The notes: generated from the letters alone by a model not told the origin. Positions 41,145 to 54,304 are shown, numbered from the stretch's first letter. The stretch: DNA of 64,000 nucleotides from Macrostomum lignano (GCA_002269645.1 NIVC01000948.1:110708-174707); one strand, 5' to 3'. Program-made: numbers and translations.

Positions 41145-41965
41145 CCTACTCATTCCTAACTCCCTACATTCCTAATTCTCCTACACATTCCTAATTCCAC
41201 TACACATTCCTAGTTCCTTACATTCCTAACTCCCTACATTCCTAATTCTCCTACACATTCCTAATTCCACTACACATTCCTAGTTCCTTACATTCCTAAT
41301 TCCCTACATTCCTAATTCCCCAACACATTCCTAATTCCCCTACACATTCCTAATTCCCCTACACATTCCTAATTCCTTACATTCCTAATTCCCTACACAT
41401 TCCTAGTTCCTTACATCCCTAATTCCCTACATTCCTAATTCCCCAACACATTCCTAATTCCCTTACACATTCCTAATTCCCTACACATTCCTAATTCCCC
41501 AACACATTCCTAATTCCCTACTCATTCCTAACTCCCTACATTCCTAATTCCCTACACATTCCTAGTTCCTTACATCCCTAATTCCCTACATTCCTAATTC
41601 CCCAACACATTCCTAATTCCACTACGCATTCCTAATTCCCTAAAATCCTAATTCCCTACACATTCATAACTCCCTACATTCCTAATTCTCCTACACATTC
41701 CTAATTCCCTACACATTCCTAATTCCCTACACATTCCTAATTCCCTACTCATTCCTAACTCCCTACATTCCTAATTCTCCTACACATTCCTAATTCCCTA
41801 CACATTCCTAATTCCCTACATTTCCAATTCCCTACATTCCTAATTCCACTACGCATTCCTAATTCCCTAAATTCCCAATTCCCTACACATTCCTAATTCC
41901 CTACATTCCTAATTCCTCTAAACATTCCTAATTCCCTACATTCCTAATTCCCTACATTCCTAACT
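41145..41965. repeat. Degenerate 18-21-bp repeat (cattcctaattccctaca)
   Basis: Direct reading. Confidence 0.9.
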
Positions 41966-42494
41966 GTTTTTATCGCCCAATTCTTAAGTTTAAAATATTC
42001 AGCAAAATGTCACAATTTTCTAGATGCAATGAAGAATTTTGAAATTAAAGTACAGCATGTCATCACATAGCACCAATGCATGCGATTATGAAAAAGCAGA
42101 GTTTCTTAGAAAAAGTTTCCCAGAAGCAGTTAGACTCCATTGAGTCGAGTCGTTCGATATTCGCTAGTTGTCTAGGCTCACGCAAGACTGTTCCACTATC
42201 AGCTGTTCAAGTCGGCAGTTCGAATCCCTGATATAGTAATGGGAAAGCTGCTAGAACCACTGCTTTGACTCGTTAGGGACTGGGCAGGCACTTGGGATAA
42301 CAAACTTCTAGGCTAAGCGAGAAAGTCCCCCACTAGGACATGCAGCCTTGGTTCCAGCGCAACTTGTGAATCCGACACTTGCAGCGCGACCGGAGATCAA
42401 TCAGGGCGATTGGGCTGGCTGCGAAATATGGGAAGAGGATTTTTGGGAGCAGTTTTGGGCTGCAAGAAAGTAAGGGGGTGCTGACTAAGGATGC

Positions 42495-42912
42495 AGTGGA
42501 GTGGGGATAACGGAGTGGGGATAACGGAGTGGGGATTATGGAGTGGGGATAACGGAGTGGGGATAACGGAGTGAGGATAACGGAGTGGGGATAACGGAGT
42601 GGGGATAACGAAGTGGGATAACGGAGTGGGAATAATGTAGTGGGGATTATGGAGTGGGGATAACGGAGTGGGAATAACGGAGTGGGGATTATGGAGTGGG
42701 GATAACGGAGTGGGGATAACGAAGTGGGAATAACGGAGTGGGGATTATGGAGTGAGGATAACGAAGTGGGAATAACGGAGTGGGGATTATGGAGTGAGGA
42801 TAACGGAGTGGGAATAACGGAGTGGGGATTATGGAGTGGGGATAACGGAGTGGGAATAACGGAGTGGGGATTATGGAGTGGGGATAACGAAGTGGGAATA
42901 ACGGAGTGGGGA
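42495..42912. repeat. 14-bp minisatellite (ggagtggggataac)
   Basis: Direct reading. Confidence 0.92.
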
Positions 42913-43238
42913 AAACAGCGTGGGAATCAAAAATTTTTATTCGATATTTCGGCAAAAATAAATGTGCAAATCCATTCAAAAGTTCAACTCCCTCGCGTCA
43001 ACAAACGAATATAGACGAGTCCTCGGCCCCGTGCAAGGACTGGGAGTTCTAAAGAAGCAAGTTTATTACTGAATGTGGGAATCACATCTGGTTGCTGATT
43101 TCCCATGAATTCAGCTCCCACCCCAGTTTATTGGCCGAGTGCCTGCCTGTCCAATGGGATTTGACCTACTGCTGCAGACAAGAAGGCGATGCAGGGGCCC
43201 TCAGCCACTGCGGACAACCGGCAACTTCCCGACGAGAG

Positions 43239-43976
43239 ATGTGGAACTCGAGCCGGGGACCTCCTGGCCCCAGCCAGGATGCATTCGACCTGTTCAAAGC
43301 GTACTTCATGTCCTGGTTCCTGCCGCTGCTGCTGGCTGTGGGATTCTGGGGGACTTCCGTGAACCTGCTGATCATCATCAGGTACCCGGTGTTCCAGAAG
43401 ACCACCTCCATCCTGTTCTCTGCCCTGGCGGTGGCCGACCTGATCAACCTGGTGTTTGCGGCCACGTACCTCTACCTGTCCGTGTATTGGGATTTTGATC
43501 CCATGAGGTACTCAGCTGCCGGCTGTCACCTGGTGCCCTACCTGGAAGCAATTGGTTACTGGCTGTCTCCATGGATACAGGTAGCATTCGCTGATTGTTT
43601 TTTTAATTGAATCTATTTTTGAGAATAAAACTCAGGAGTGCGGGTGAGAATTTATAAATTAATTCAATTTGGCATTCAATTTGGAAAAAAATCAAGCTAG
43701 GCATTAAAACAAAAATTTCAGTAAAAAATTAAAGAACTATAATTGATTAAATTTTAATAAAATTATAAAACCATGGCTGATAAATGACACAGGAGTTCAA
43801 ATTATATTAAAACATATTTTTGCATAGTTAGTAGCATTGCTAAGTTAGTATGAAGATGGGTGCGATGAATTGATTCGATTTCCAATGCAAAACTGAAATT
43901 CAAGTTCAATCAATTACCATCTGCTTTGTGGCTCTTTTACAGTCATTGTTTACAGACTTTTGTTTACATTCTTTTA

Positions 43977-44011
<35 letters not shown>

Positions 44012-44123
44012 TACTCTCACTCTTACTCTCACTCTCACTCTCACTCTCATTCTCACTCTCACTCTCACTCTTACTCTCACTTTCAATCTCACTCTTTCAA
44101 TCTCACTCTCAGTCTTACTCTTA

Positions 44124-44169
<46 letters not shown>

Positions 44170-44258
44170 TTAATTCTCACTCTTACTCTCACTCTCACTC
44201 CCACTCCCACTCTCACTCTCACTCTCAGTCTCAGTCTCAGTCTCAGTCTCAGTCTCAG

Positions 44259-44293
<35 letters not shown>

Positions 44294-44334
44294 GTCTCAG
44301 TCTCAGTCTCAGTCTCAGTCTCAGTCTCACTCTT

Positions 44335-44383
<49 letters not shown>

Positions 44384-47300
44384 GTCTCAGTCTCAGTCTC
44401 ACTCTCAGTCTCAGTCTCACTCTCAGTCTCACTCTCAGTCTCAGTCTCAGTCTCAGTCTCACTCTCAGTCTCAGTCTCACTCTCACTCTCAGTCTCACTC
44501 TCAGTCTCAGTCTCAGTCTCACTATCACTCTCACTCTCACTCTCACTCTCCCTCTTCATCCTCAGTCTTACACCGTTAGTCTCTCTTTCCCTCTTATCTG
44601 TACTCTCATTCTCTCAAACATCCCCCACCCGGTCTCCTCCGCCCTCTACCGGCATCCGCTGCCCCTGCATCCGCCCTTCGCAGCAACAACTGCCTCAACA
44701 CACGGCGCAATTAAAAGCAGAAATGACTGGAGCAGCCAGACACCAGAGTTCGTCAGCAGAAACCGGATCCTCGGCTGCTGGAAAAAATTGCGCTGCCCCG
44801 AGAAGAAGCTAAAAAAGTTCGAAATCTGTCTAATTGCCATCGTTCTTGTGGGGAGAGAATTTCGAATTTTTTCGGGAGGCGAATAAAAACTGAGGGACGC
44901 GAGCTCCATCCCTACCGAAGGAGCCGATGATGACTGCTTCTTTTCTCTCTCTTGAGTTGGTCTTGAGCAGGGCAGCGGAAGAGGAGTTCAAGTTGAAGAG
45001 GCCCCCTGACCATCCTGGCTACCTCAGTTCTCTAAAGCGCGAAAAGCGGTTTTCTCTGTGTGAGCAGTTCTCTCAATGTGTGTGCTTTCCACTCCAAATG
45101 TTAAAGCACTCAGCAAGCAGCCCATTCAACCCAGTCAATACAGGTTAGCTGACCCAACTTAAATCCTCGCTGCGGTTCAAGTTTGAACTATAGTTACGAG
45201 GCTCTGTGATCATCTCAAAATTGTTTTGACGTTTTGGAGCAGGAAGTTCTTACGATTCTACGAGCGTAGCTCTCTTTTGAGAATTTTAGTCATCACGCTT
45301 CACTCGTAGTTTGTTGAGCCAATCAGATAGCTAGCACTCCTAAGCCAATCATGAGGTAGCTAACACATCTGAGCCAATCATGAGGTAGCTAACACGTCTG
45401 AGCCAATCAGATAGCTAGCACTCCTAAGCCAATCATGAGGTAGCTAACGCATCTGAGCCAATCATGAGGTAGCTAACACGTCTGAGCCAATCAGGAGGTA
45501 GCTAACACGTCTGAGCCAATCAGGCGGTCGCTAGAACGTCTTGACTTGACTTAGCTGCAGGGCTGTCCCGGAGGGGACACAGCGGGAAGGCGCGGGCGCC
45601 CATTCCGCTAGTCCCTGAACGGCCGACGCGTCGCTATGGACGGAGGGTTGGCGCCGCCCAGGGAGGTCCCTCAGTGTCGCCAGCAGCTATAGTGCTCTCT
45701 GGAAAGGAGAGTTCAGCCCTGCGGGTGGCCCGAAGGTAGCGCATGAGCTGATTAAAGTTTTCGGGTTTGCACGCTTCAGTAATAGATGTGTGTGGCCCGA
45801 GGTAAGTGAGTCTGGCCCGCGTGAAGGCGGGACAGATGCTGACGAAATGCTCAGCGGTTTCGTCACCTGAGTTGCAGAAACTACAGGTGGCGTTGGTGGC
45901 GTTGCCCTGCAGGTACTGGTGCCTGGAGAAGCAGCCGTGACCAGAGAGGGTCATGGTGGCAGCCCGGATGTCTCTGCGCGAGAGGCGCAAGAGGAGCTTC
46001 CGGAGCTGGTGAGAGGGCTGAGGGACAGCGCCTCTGGATTGCCTGCAGTTCGTGCGGTTCGCCCAAGTCGAGCGGTGCTGAGTCCTGATCCACGCTTTGA
46101 TGCGCGAGTCGATGACACAGCCAGGAATCGGGACAAGAGGTTCGGGGCCGAGAGAGGAACCGGAGGCACGCTAGAACGTCTGAGCCAATCAGATAGCTAG
46201 CACTCCTAAGCCAATCATGAGGTAGCTAACACGTCTGAGCCAATCAGATAGCTAGCACTCCTAAGCCAATCATGAGGTAGCTAACACGTCTGAGCCAATC
46301 AGATAGCTAGCACTCCTAAGCCAATCATGAGGTAGCTAACACGTCTGAGCCAATCAGATAGCTAGCACTCCTAAGCCAATCATGAGGTAGCTAACACGTC
46401 TGAGCCAATCAGATAGCTAGCACTCCTAAGCCAATCATGAGGTAGCTAACACGTCTGAGCCAATCAGATAGCTAGCACTCCTAAGCCAATCATGAGGTAG
46501 CTAACACGTCTGAGCCAATCAGATAGCTAGCACTCCTAAGCCAATCATGAGGTAGCTAGCACGTCTGAGCCAATCAGATAGCTAGCACTCCTAAGCCAAT
46601 CATGAGGTAGATAACACGTCTGAGCCAATTAGATAGCTAGCACTCCTAAGCCAATCATGAGGTAGCTAGCACGTCTGAGCCAATCAGATAGCTAGCACTC
46701 CTAAGCCAATCATGAGGTAGCTAACACGTCTGAGCCAATCAGATAGCTAGCACTCCTAAGCCAATCATGAGGTAGCTAACACATCTGAGCCAATCAGGAG
46801 GTAGCTAACACGTCTGAGCCAATCAGGCGGTCGCTAGAACGTCTGAGCCAATCAGATAGCTAGCAACTGAGCCAAACAAAGGGTATCTGCTTTCAAAAGC
46901 ATACGGAAGCAACAGAATAGGTTATAGCTAAAAATTGCAAAAAAATATTCTATTTAGTCGCTTTTTGATCCGCAGTAGACTTAAAGGTCAAATACGAGCC
47001 GACAGCGCCAACATTAATACCGTTAGGCTTATTATATCAAGAAGGCAGTAAAAAAACTTCCAGAGAACTGAATGTAAATATTCCCCCCCTATCTTTGTTG
47101 AGCATCAGTTTGCATTGTGAGCTCCAAGTTTTCAGCTTCCTCTCTGAGCTAATATAGGCTCCAGCTTCCTCTCAGCAGCGGCCGGATCAATGGAAGGCCA
47201 CAGAATCGGAGAAACAGATCCGGGACGTTTGGGATTCTGGGAAAAATGTCCCCTGTATCCCTAGCTACCAAGGAAAGGGAAGCGAACTCGGGCCCATCGG

Positions 47301-49173
47301 GGAACTCATGGCGTGCTCGGAGGCTGGTAATAAATCTTGCGCCTCGAGTCTCAGAGCATCTGCGACTCGAGGGGCGATAAAAGCAAAACCTGATTCTAAA
47401 GAAATCCAACGGACTCGAGCTCCCAGCCTCCCACGCGAATTGGGAAAAGTCAAACGAGTGAAACTCAAGCAGGGAATTCAGCGCTTGCGTGACTGAACAC
47501 ATCTGCCATAAGTTCAACATGTGGGGTGGCAGAGTCAATTTTTTAATTTAATTGAAATTCTTTCAGCTCAAATCGTTGGCTCAAGTCGTTGTCTGTCCTA
47601 GATCACACAGAGTGTCTGTCCTAGATCACACAGAGTGTCTGTCCTAGATCACACAGAGTGTCTGTCCTAGATCACACAGAGTGTCTGTCCTAGATCACAC
47701 ACTGTCTGTCCTAGATCACACAGAGTGTCTGTCCTAGATCACACAGAGTGTCTGTCCTAGATCACACAGAGTGTCTGTCCTAGATCACACAGAGTGTCTG
47801 TCCTAGATCACACAGAGTGTCTGTCCTAGATCACCCAGTATGTCTGTCCTAGATCACCCAGTATGTCTGTCCTAGATCACACAGTATGTCTGTCCTAGAT
47901 CACCCAGTATGTCTGTCCTAGATCACACAGTATGTCTGTCCTAGATCACACAGTATGTCTGTCCTAGATCACCCAGTATGTCTGTCCTAGATCACCCAGT
48001 ATGTCTGTCCTAGATCACCCAGTATGTCTGTCCTAGATCACACAGTATGTCTGTCCTAGATCACACAGTGCCTGTCCTAGATCACACAGAGTGTCCGTCT
48101 TAGATCACACTCAGTGTCTGTCCTAGATCACCCAGTATGTCTGTCCTAGATCACCCAGTATGTCTGTCCTAGATCACCCAGTATGTCTGTCCTAGATCAC
48201 CCAGTATGTCTGTCCTAGATCACCCAGTATGTCTGTCCTAGATCACCCAGTATGTCTGTCCTAGATCACCCAGTATGTCTGTCCTAGATCACCCAGTATG
48301 TCTGTCCTAGATCACCCAGTATGTCTGTCCTAGATCACCCAGTATGTCTGTCCTAGATCACACAGTGGTAGATACAGAGTGCCCATCTTATCTCATCTTG
48401 CAATAATTCAGACCTAAATTCCTGTCCTCAGGTTAGTTCTAAGGTTGCGCGGAGAAAAGGTTTCAAACTGCATCTAAAATCGATTCACCCACCGATCCCG
48501 CAGGCCATGATCTCATTCCACCGGATGTTGGCCATCCGCTACCCGCTACGCATCCGGCAGTGGCTGACTGCCAAGCAGACGGCCCGGCTGGTCACCTGCG
48601 TGTCGGCAGTTGTTATTGCCTACGCGCTGGTCATCCCCGTCTGCCACCACTGGGTGCCGCCGTTAGCAGCAGCCGACAACCAGCAGCTGGCGGATGGCAA
48701 CTCCAGCCTCGGGTACCGCTGCGACAAGGAGGCTCGAAAGTTCTTGGTGTACTATTCCCACGGCCTGTTCGGATCGATACTGCCCTTCTTTGTCATGGTT
48801 CTGTGCACCTGTCTGATTGTTTACTTTGTCTGTCAAAGTCGAAATGATGTCGTTTTGAGCACCTTTCAAGAATTGAGCGCAAGGCAGACGCGACTGCTCA
48901 GGACTCATCACTTCGCTTCCGGACCAACCGCAAACTCGGGTCCGTCGACAAGCGGCAGCGGCGGCGGCGGCGGCGGCGGGCTGAAGCGACGGCCGGTCAT
49001 TGCGAGGAAGAGAAGGGCGCCTGCTGCCGGAACTGGAGGAGGCGGAGGCGGCGGAGGCGGCAGTGAGAAGCGGGTAACGCTGATGCTGGTGCTTATGAAC
49101 GCGACCTACTTTCTCACTAATGGATTCGCCGGCCTGTTTCTCATTTCCAAGGTGAGTGCTGAGGGTGGCAGAA

Positions 49174-49220
<47 letters not shown>

Positions 49221-49694
49221 AAGACACACAGACAGACACACAGACAGACACACAGACAGACACACAGACAGACACACAGACAGACACACAGACAGACACA
49301 CAGACAGACACACAGACAGTCGAGCACTCTCCACGCGCAGGTGCACCTGACCAGTGGCTCCTCCGAGTTCACCAGACTGTGGGCGCTCCTACACAAGTTC
49401 GCCGACGTCTGCGCCTGCCTGAACAACAGCACCAACTGGGTTTTCTACCTGCTGTCAGGCCGCAGGTTCCGTCAGCAGTTTCTGCACCTGCTGGGCTGCC
49501 ACTCCGCCGACTTGGCGAACAGCCGCGCCAGGCAGACGAACGGAGCAGCCAGTCGAGCCCTGCCGACTGTGCGGGAAGGCGCTCGGCTGGTGCAGCAGCT
49601 GACGGAGCGGACAGAGGTGGACCGGCTGCAGATCCGGGTGGATGTGGCTCAGACTGGGAAGGAGGTCACGATACAATGCGTCTCTTCTGTTTAA
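43239..49694 (+). CDS. Class A peptide GPCR, FMRFamide-receptor-like/orphan (3 exons)
   Basis: Exon 1 43239-43580 (MWNSS..., LAVADL, GCHLVPY, ends WIQ), exon 2 48504-49151 ([28 protein letters not shown]), exon 3 49341-49694 ([18 protein letters not shown]); all junctions GT-AG, phase 0. Confidence 0.87.
43975..44550. repeat. (CTCACT)/(CTCAGT) hexamer microsatellite
   Basis: Direct reading. Confidence 0.95.
45315..46870. repeat. 55-bp CCAAT-rich tandem array interrupted by a LINE
   Basis: Unit gccaatcagatagctagcactcctaa + gccaatcatgaggtagctaacacgtctga (26+29 bp). Confidence 0.93.
45542..46168 (-). mobile_element. 5'-truncated LOA/R1/I-group LINE 3' end
   Basis: Open frame GPEPLVPIP...[10 protein letters not shown]...CRQS...[12 protein letters not shown]...[19 protein letters not shown] (C-terminal CCHC); (AAGTC)n tail; 13-bp TSD CGCTAGAACGTCT at 45529-45541 and 46169-46181. 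Confidence 0.88.
47590..48365. repeat. 23-bp minisatellite (gtctgtcctagatcacacagagt / ...cccagtat)
   Basis: Direct reading; the variant switches along the array. Confidence 0.95.
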
Positions 49695-49951
49695 AAGAGC
49701 TGTCACAGATTTCTGGACTCTGTTGTTAGTTTCTGAATTGCGTTTGTATTACTCTACTGTCAGTAGCAATGCCGGAATTAAAGCAGAAAGAATTTTACTT
49801 TTCTTTGCAAATAATTTTTTCACTATCATCAAAACGGTTTGCCAGATTCCGCCCATTTCGCTGACACCAGAGCACGCGCTCCCACAGGGTGTACACTCTA
49901 TGCACCAGGGGGTTTGCACTAGTTGACAAGCCCGGGGCACCGAACTCGAAC

Positions 49952-52900
49952 TCAGGACGCGTCAGACGCTGAGTTACTCCGCCCATCTGAAAACAAATTC
50001 CCGAGGCCCAAGTTTGTCAACTCATCGGCGTTGTCTGTCAGCGGCGGCGCCGTCTGGTGCTCCTCGATCTCAACCTGCAGCGCCTCGGGCAGGCGCCGGC
50101 CGCGCGTCTCCGTCATCAGGCAGAGCGCGGCGGCGGCCGCGGCGAGAGAGAACCCGGCGAACAGCAGGAACGGCAGCGGGCGCCACAGGCTGCCGAGGGC
50201 GGGCAGCAGCGTGCTGGTCAAGACGCCGATCCGAGACACCAGCGAGCCGCTCCCAACTCCGACGCTTCGCAGATCGGTAGGGAAGACCTCAGCGGCGTAC
50301 AGGTAGGTGAGGTCGAAGGCCATGTTGATCCAGAACTTGCCAGCCACCGCTGTGCCGACTCGCCAGGCTGTGAGGCCGGGGAAGTCGCTGAGAACGGCGA
50401 CCCCGAGCAAGTCTGCAAGTCTGGAAGCGGAGAGACGGGTGCGCTGGAACGAATTTCTCTTAGAGAATGGCAACCAGCCTGCCCCGTCCTCTAGAATCTG
50501 GTCCACTCTTAAAAAGCTGACCGGTCGTCCTAACGCGGATAAGAATGTCATTTTAAAGTTTAACGGAAAACAGGCCCTTTCTGGTGCCGAAACTGCGGAC
50601 CGTCTCAACTGTCAGTTCACGAGGCCGCGCCTTCACTGCTCCAACCCGCAGATGCGCGTCGTTCGTCGACGTCTTAAGGGCCTTGCTCGTGCCGCTGAAG
50701 ACGCCCCTGTCTTCTCGACTGACGACATCGAAATGGCCATCAAGGGGTCCAAACCCTCCAAGGCCATCGGCCCTGATGGAATCTGCCCGCTCGTCATTAG
50801 GCACTTTGGTCCGAAGGCGAAGGCTGTGCTCCGTAACCTCTTCAATCGCTCAATCGCTTACAATGAGATCCCGGCGGTCTGGAAGAAGTCCTTAATCTGT
50901 CCCCTTCTGAAGGATGGTAAACCGCAGGACGATGGTGCGTCGTATCGCCCTATCTCCTTTCTCTCGCCGCTCGTCAAAATTCTGGAGAAGATCCTGCTTC
51001 CGCTACTGACTGACCACCTCCAGCTCCCGGCCTGGCAACATGGCTTTCGTCCGCATCACTCCACCGTGACCGCCCTCTGCCAACTGGTTGAGCAGATCTG
51101 CTCAGGTTTTTGTTTGCCAAAACCGCCGGCCAGGACCGGCGTTAGCGCGATCGACCTTCGGATGGCATTCGACTGCGTTGACCACTACGAATTACTCTCT
51201 GATCTCGCCGAGTCTGATCTTCCTAACACTGTTAAGGCCTGGCTTGCCAACTACATTCTTGGTCGTCAAGCTCGGACCGTCATGCGAGACTTTAAGTCGA
51301 AGTGGCGGCAGGTTCGCATGGGAGTTCCACAGGGCAGCGCCATCAGCCCGCTTCTTTTTGCCTTTTACTTGGCTAAAGCTCCTGTGCCATCCAATCCGGC
51401 CACTAAACTAATTGGTTACGCTGACGATCTTACCGTTGCCGCCTCATCCCCAAACTGTTATTCTATTGAACAACAACTGAACAGCTATCTCGCTGACCTT
51501 GCTCCGTTCCTTGAGTCGCGCAAGCTCCAAATTTCTACATCAAAGTGCTCCTCCACTCTGTTCAGTCCGGATCAGCGCGAGTACTCTCGCCAACTGAACG
51601 TGTCCATCAACGGCTCATTACTACCGCAAGCCCTCTATCCGAAAATTCTTGGTGTGACTTTCGACCCTAAGCTCTCCTTCGCTAGACACGTTACCACTCT
51701 TGCGGAAAAAACCCGGAAAAGGAACTGCCTGCTACGCTGTCTCGCCGGCTCCTCCTGGGGCTGCTGCAAGGAACTTTTGCTGACCACCTTCAAAGCGTTA
51801 GGCAGAAGCCTGCTCGACTATGCTGCTCCGGTCTGGGGCCCTATCATCTCCAACTCGTCCTGGACGCGGCTGCAATCGGTCCAGAATGCAGCGATTCGCG
51901 GCATCACCGGCTGCACTGCCCTTACCTCTGAAGCGGATCTTCATAGTGAAGTCCAGTTGCTTACCGTCCGCCAGCACAACCGACTTCTTTCGCTCCAGTT
52001 CAAGCTTCGCGCTAGACGCCCTGAACTCCCTTGTCACCACCTTTCTGGCCTTCCGCCGCCGCGCAGACTCATGAAAGCCTCCATCTTCACGGCTGAACAC
52101 TTTAATGCTGATTGGACGCCGGTTCCGGCCCCGGACGTCCTTGACGCTGCTGCCTGGGATCGCGCCAGGCGGGCCCAGCATACGCAGGCAGTACAGGCCA
52201 TGCTGGACAGCCTGCCACAGAACCGTGTTATTCAAACACAACGGCCAGCGATCCATCGCTCCGAAACCTGCCTCCCCCGCCGCATGCGGTGCATACTGGC
52301 GCAGCTCCGCTCCGGTTTCTGCCCGCTTCTCCAGGATTTTCAGTCGAGAATCAAACCAGGCGTCGCCGCGGTCTGTCCTGATTGCGGTCTGGAGCCCCAA
52401 ACGGTGGTCCATCTTTTCGACTGCCCTGTCTATCCGACGCCGCTCTGCCCTAGTGACCTTTGGAACAACCCAATTGAGACGTCCACCTTCCTGGAGTCGA
52501 CCTTCCTCGGCGGGCTGGGACCCGAGCCGTAGGTTAATACACACACACCCCGAGCAGGCAGAGACCGGCCAGGCCGAACGACCCAACAACGCTTGGGCGA
52601 CGTCCAAGTCGCAGGCTGACGAAAGCGCAGAACAGGCGCGACGGCGGCTCCACGGCGGCCGAGGCGAGCTGGTTGACGAACACGTTGCCGCCAAGACGAC
52701 CGACGCCCAGCGTGACGCCGTAGTAAGCGATGGCGACGGAGAAGAAGAGAAACCAGGAGACCAGGGCGCGTCGCCGCAGGCTCGGCTCTCCGAGCAGGTT
52801 GAAAAAATTTGCCCGCGGCTTCAATCTGGCGTCGCTTTGCTGCTCGGAGAACAGCGCCTCGGTTGAGAAACTCGTCGGCAGCCTTCGCCCATTCCGACCG

Positions 52901-54304
52901 TTGTTGAGCCGGTCGATGCGGCGCAGCACCTGGTCAGCTTCGGCGAACCGACCGACGGAGACGAGCCAGCGTGGCGACTCGCTGAGCAGGAAGAGGCTGA
53001 GCGATAGGACCAGACAGCAGAGACCTGAGCAGAGCAGCTGGTCCTGGTAGTTCCTGAGCAGGTACGCGATGAGGACAACCAGAACGGCCCCCACCGTGCA
53101 GCCGTGGTTCAGATTGAGCCCCCAAACTGTGCGATGCTTTGCATCGGTGAACTCCACCGTGTAGGCCATGGCGCAAGCCGAGATGCCGCTGTCTCCGTGA
53201 CCCGCTAGAGCCTGCATGATGCAGTAGAGCCACAGCCAAGGCGCTTGGGAGGCTGCGATGGTGCAGATGGCGATGTTGAGCTGCGAGATCTGCAATGCGA
53301 AATTTGTTACAGTTTTGAGGTGCATAGAAGGGCAGAGGTGCAGAGGTGCAGAGGTACACAGGTGCAAAGCTGCAGAGGTGCAGAGGTGCAGAGGTGCAGA
53401 GGTGCAGAGGTGCAGAGGTGCAGAGGTGCAGAGGTGCAGAGGTGCAGAGGTGCAGAGGTGCAGAGGTGCAGAGGTGCAGAGGTGCAGAGGTGCAGAGGTG
53501 CAGAGGTGCAGAGGTGCAGAGGTGCAGAGGTGCAGAGGTGCAGAGGTGCAGAGGTACAGAGGTGCAGAGGTGCAGAGGTGCAGAGGTGCAGAGGTGCAGA
53601 GGTGCAGAGGTGCAGAGGTGCAGAGGTGCAGAGGTGCAGAGGTGCAGAGGTACACAGGTGCAGAGGTGCAGAGGTGCAGAGGTGCAGAGGTGCAGAGGTG
53701 CAGAGGTGCAGAGGTGCAGAGGTGCAGAGGTGCAGAGGTGCAGAGGTGCAGAGGTACACAGGTGCAGAGGTGCAGAGGTGCAGAGGTGCAGAGGTGCAGA
53801 GGTGCAGAGGTACACAGGTGCAGAGGTACACAGGTGCAGAGGTGCAGAGGTGCAGAGGTGCACGGGTGCACATATGAAAGTAATTTCGAACTGCCGTTGT
53901 CGCACCTGCATGACCCGCAGCCGACCAATTCGATCAGCGAAGCTCCCGTAGACGAGGCACCCAACGATGAAGCCAAGGTAGTAGCAGCTGGTGGGCAGAG
54001 TCGCCAGGAAGGCCCTGTCGCACACCAGCTCAAATCTGGACACCGCCGTCTCCGTGAACAACGCCTCCTCTACTTGTTGGCTCAAATTCTGATTCGTACA
54101 GTTGACCGGGAGCTGGACAGTGGTGAAGACCGGCGACAATGCAATGGCAACCACGAACACAAACTGACAGATGATCACTAGCAGGGTGAAGACATTGTAG
54201 CGACCTGTGCCACCGATTCTGCTGAAGACGGCATCCAAGTCTGCCAGCAGTGCAGCATCGGCCAGCTTCTCCTGTTTGTCTTCGGTTTCCATCGTGTGCA
54301 CCAT
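49952..54304 (-). CDS. SLC22: SLC22/organic cation transporter-like MFS protein, coding exon interrupted by a LINE
   Basis: Exon 1 54304-53906 (FELVC, ADRIGR); exon 2 53289-52547 joined to 50399-49952 (ESPRWL, LGRR, AEVFPTDLRSVG, ETRG). Removing the insert and one TSD copy restores ...GLCLLGVAVLSDF... in frame. The symbol denotes the family only. Confidence 0.88.
50410..52546 (+). mobile_element. Young 5'-truncated non-LTR retrotransposon (RT + C-terminal CCHC, no RNase H; ingi/Vingi-like)
   Basis: Uninterrupted frame to stop at 52532 with QHGFR, DLRMAFD, QGSAISP, YADD, LAQLRSG and CPDC...HLFDCP; very short 3' UTR with (CA)n tail; TSD ACCCCGAGCA at 50400-50409 and 52547-52556. Clade call is from recalled motifs. 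Confidence 0.92.
53330..53865. repeat. 8-bp repeat (aggtgcag)n filling SLC22 intron 1
   Basis: Direct reading. Confidence 0.96.

Noticed and set aside
49152-49340. In-frame read-through making a single 395-aa exon with TDRQ/THRQ repeats
   Set aside because: Canonical GTGAGT...CAG ends enclose a microsatellite; the 189-nt stop-free length is most likely coincidental.
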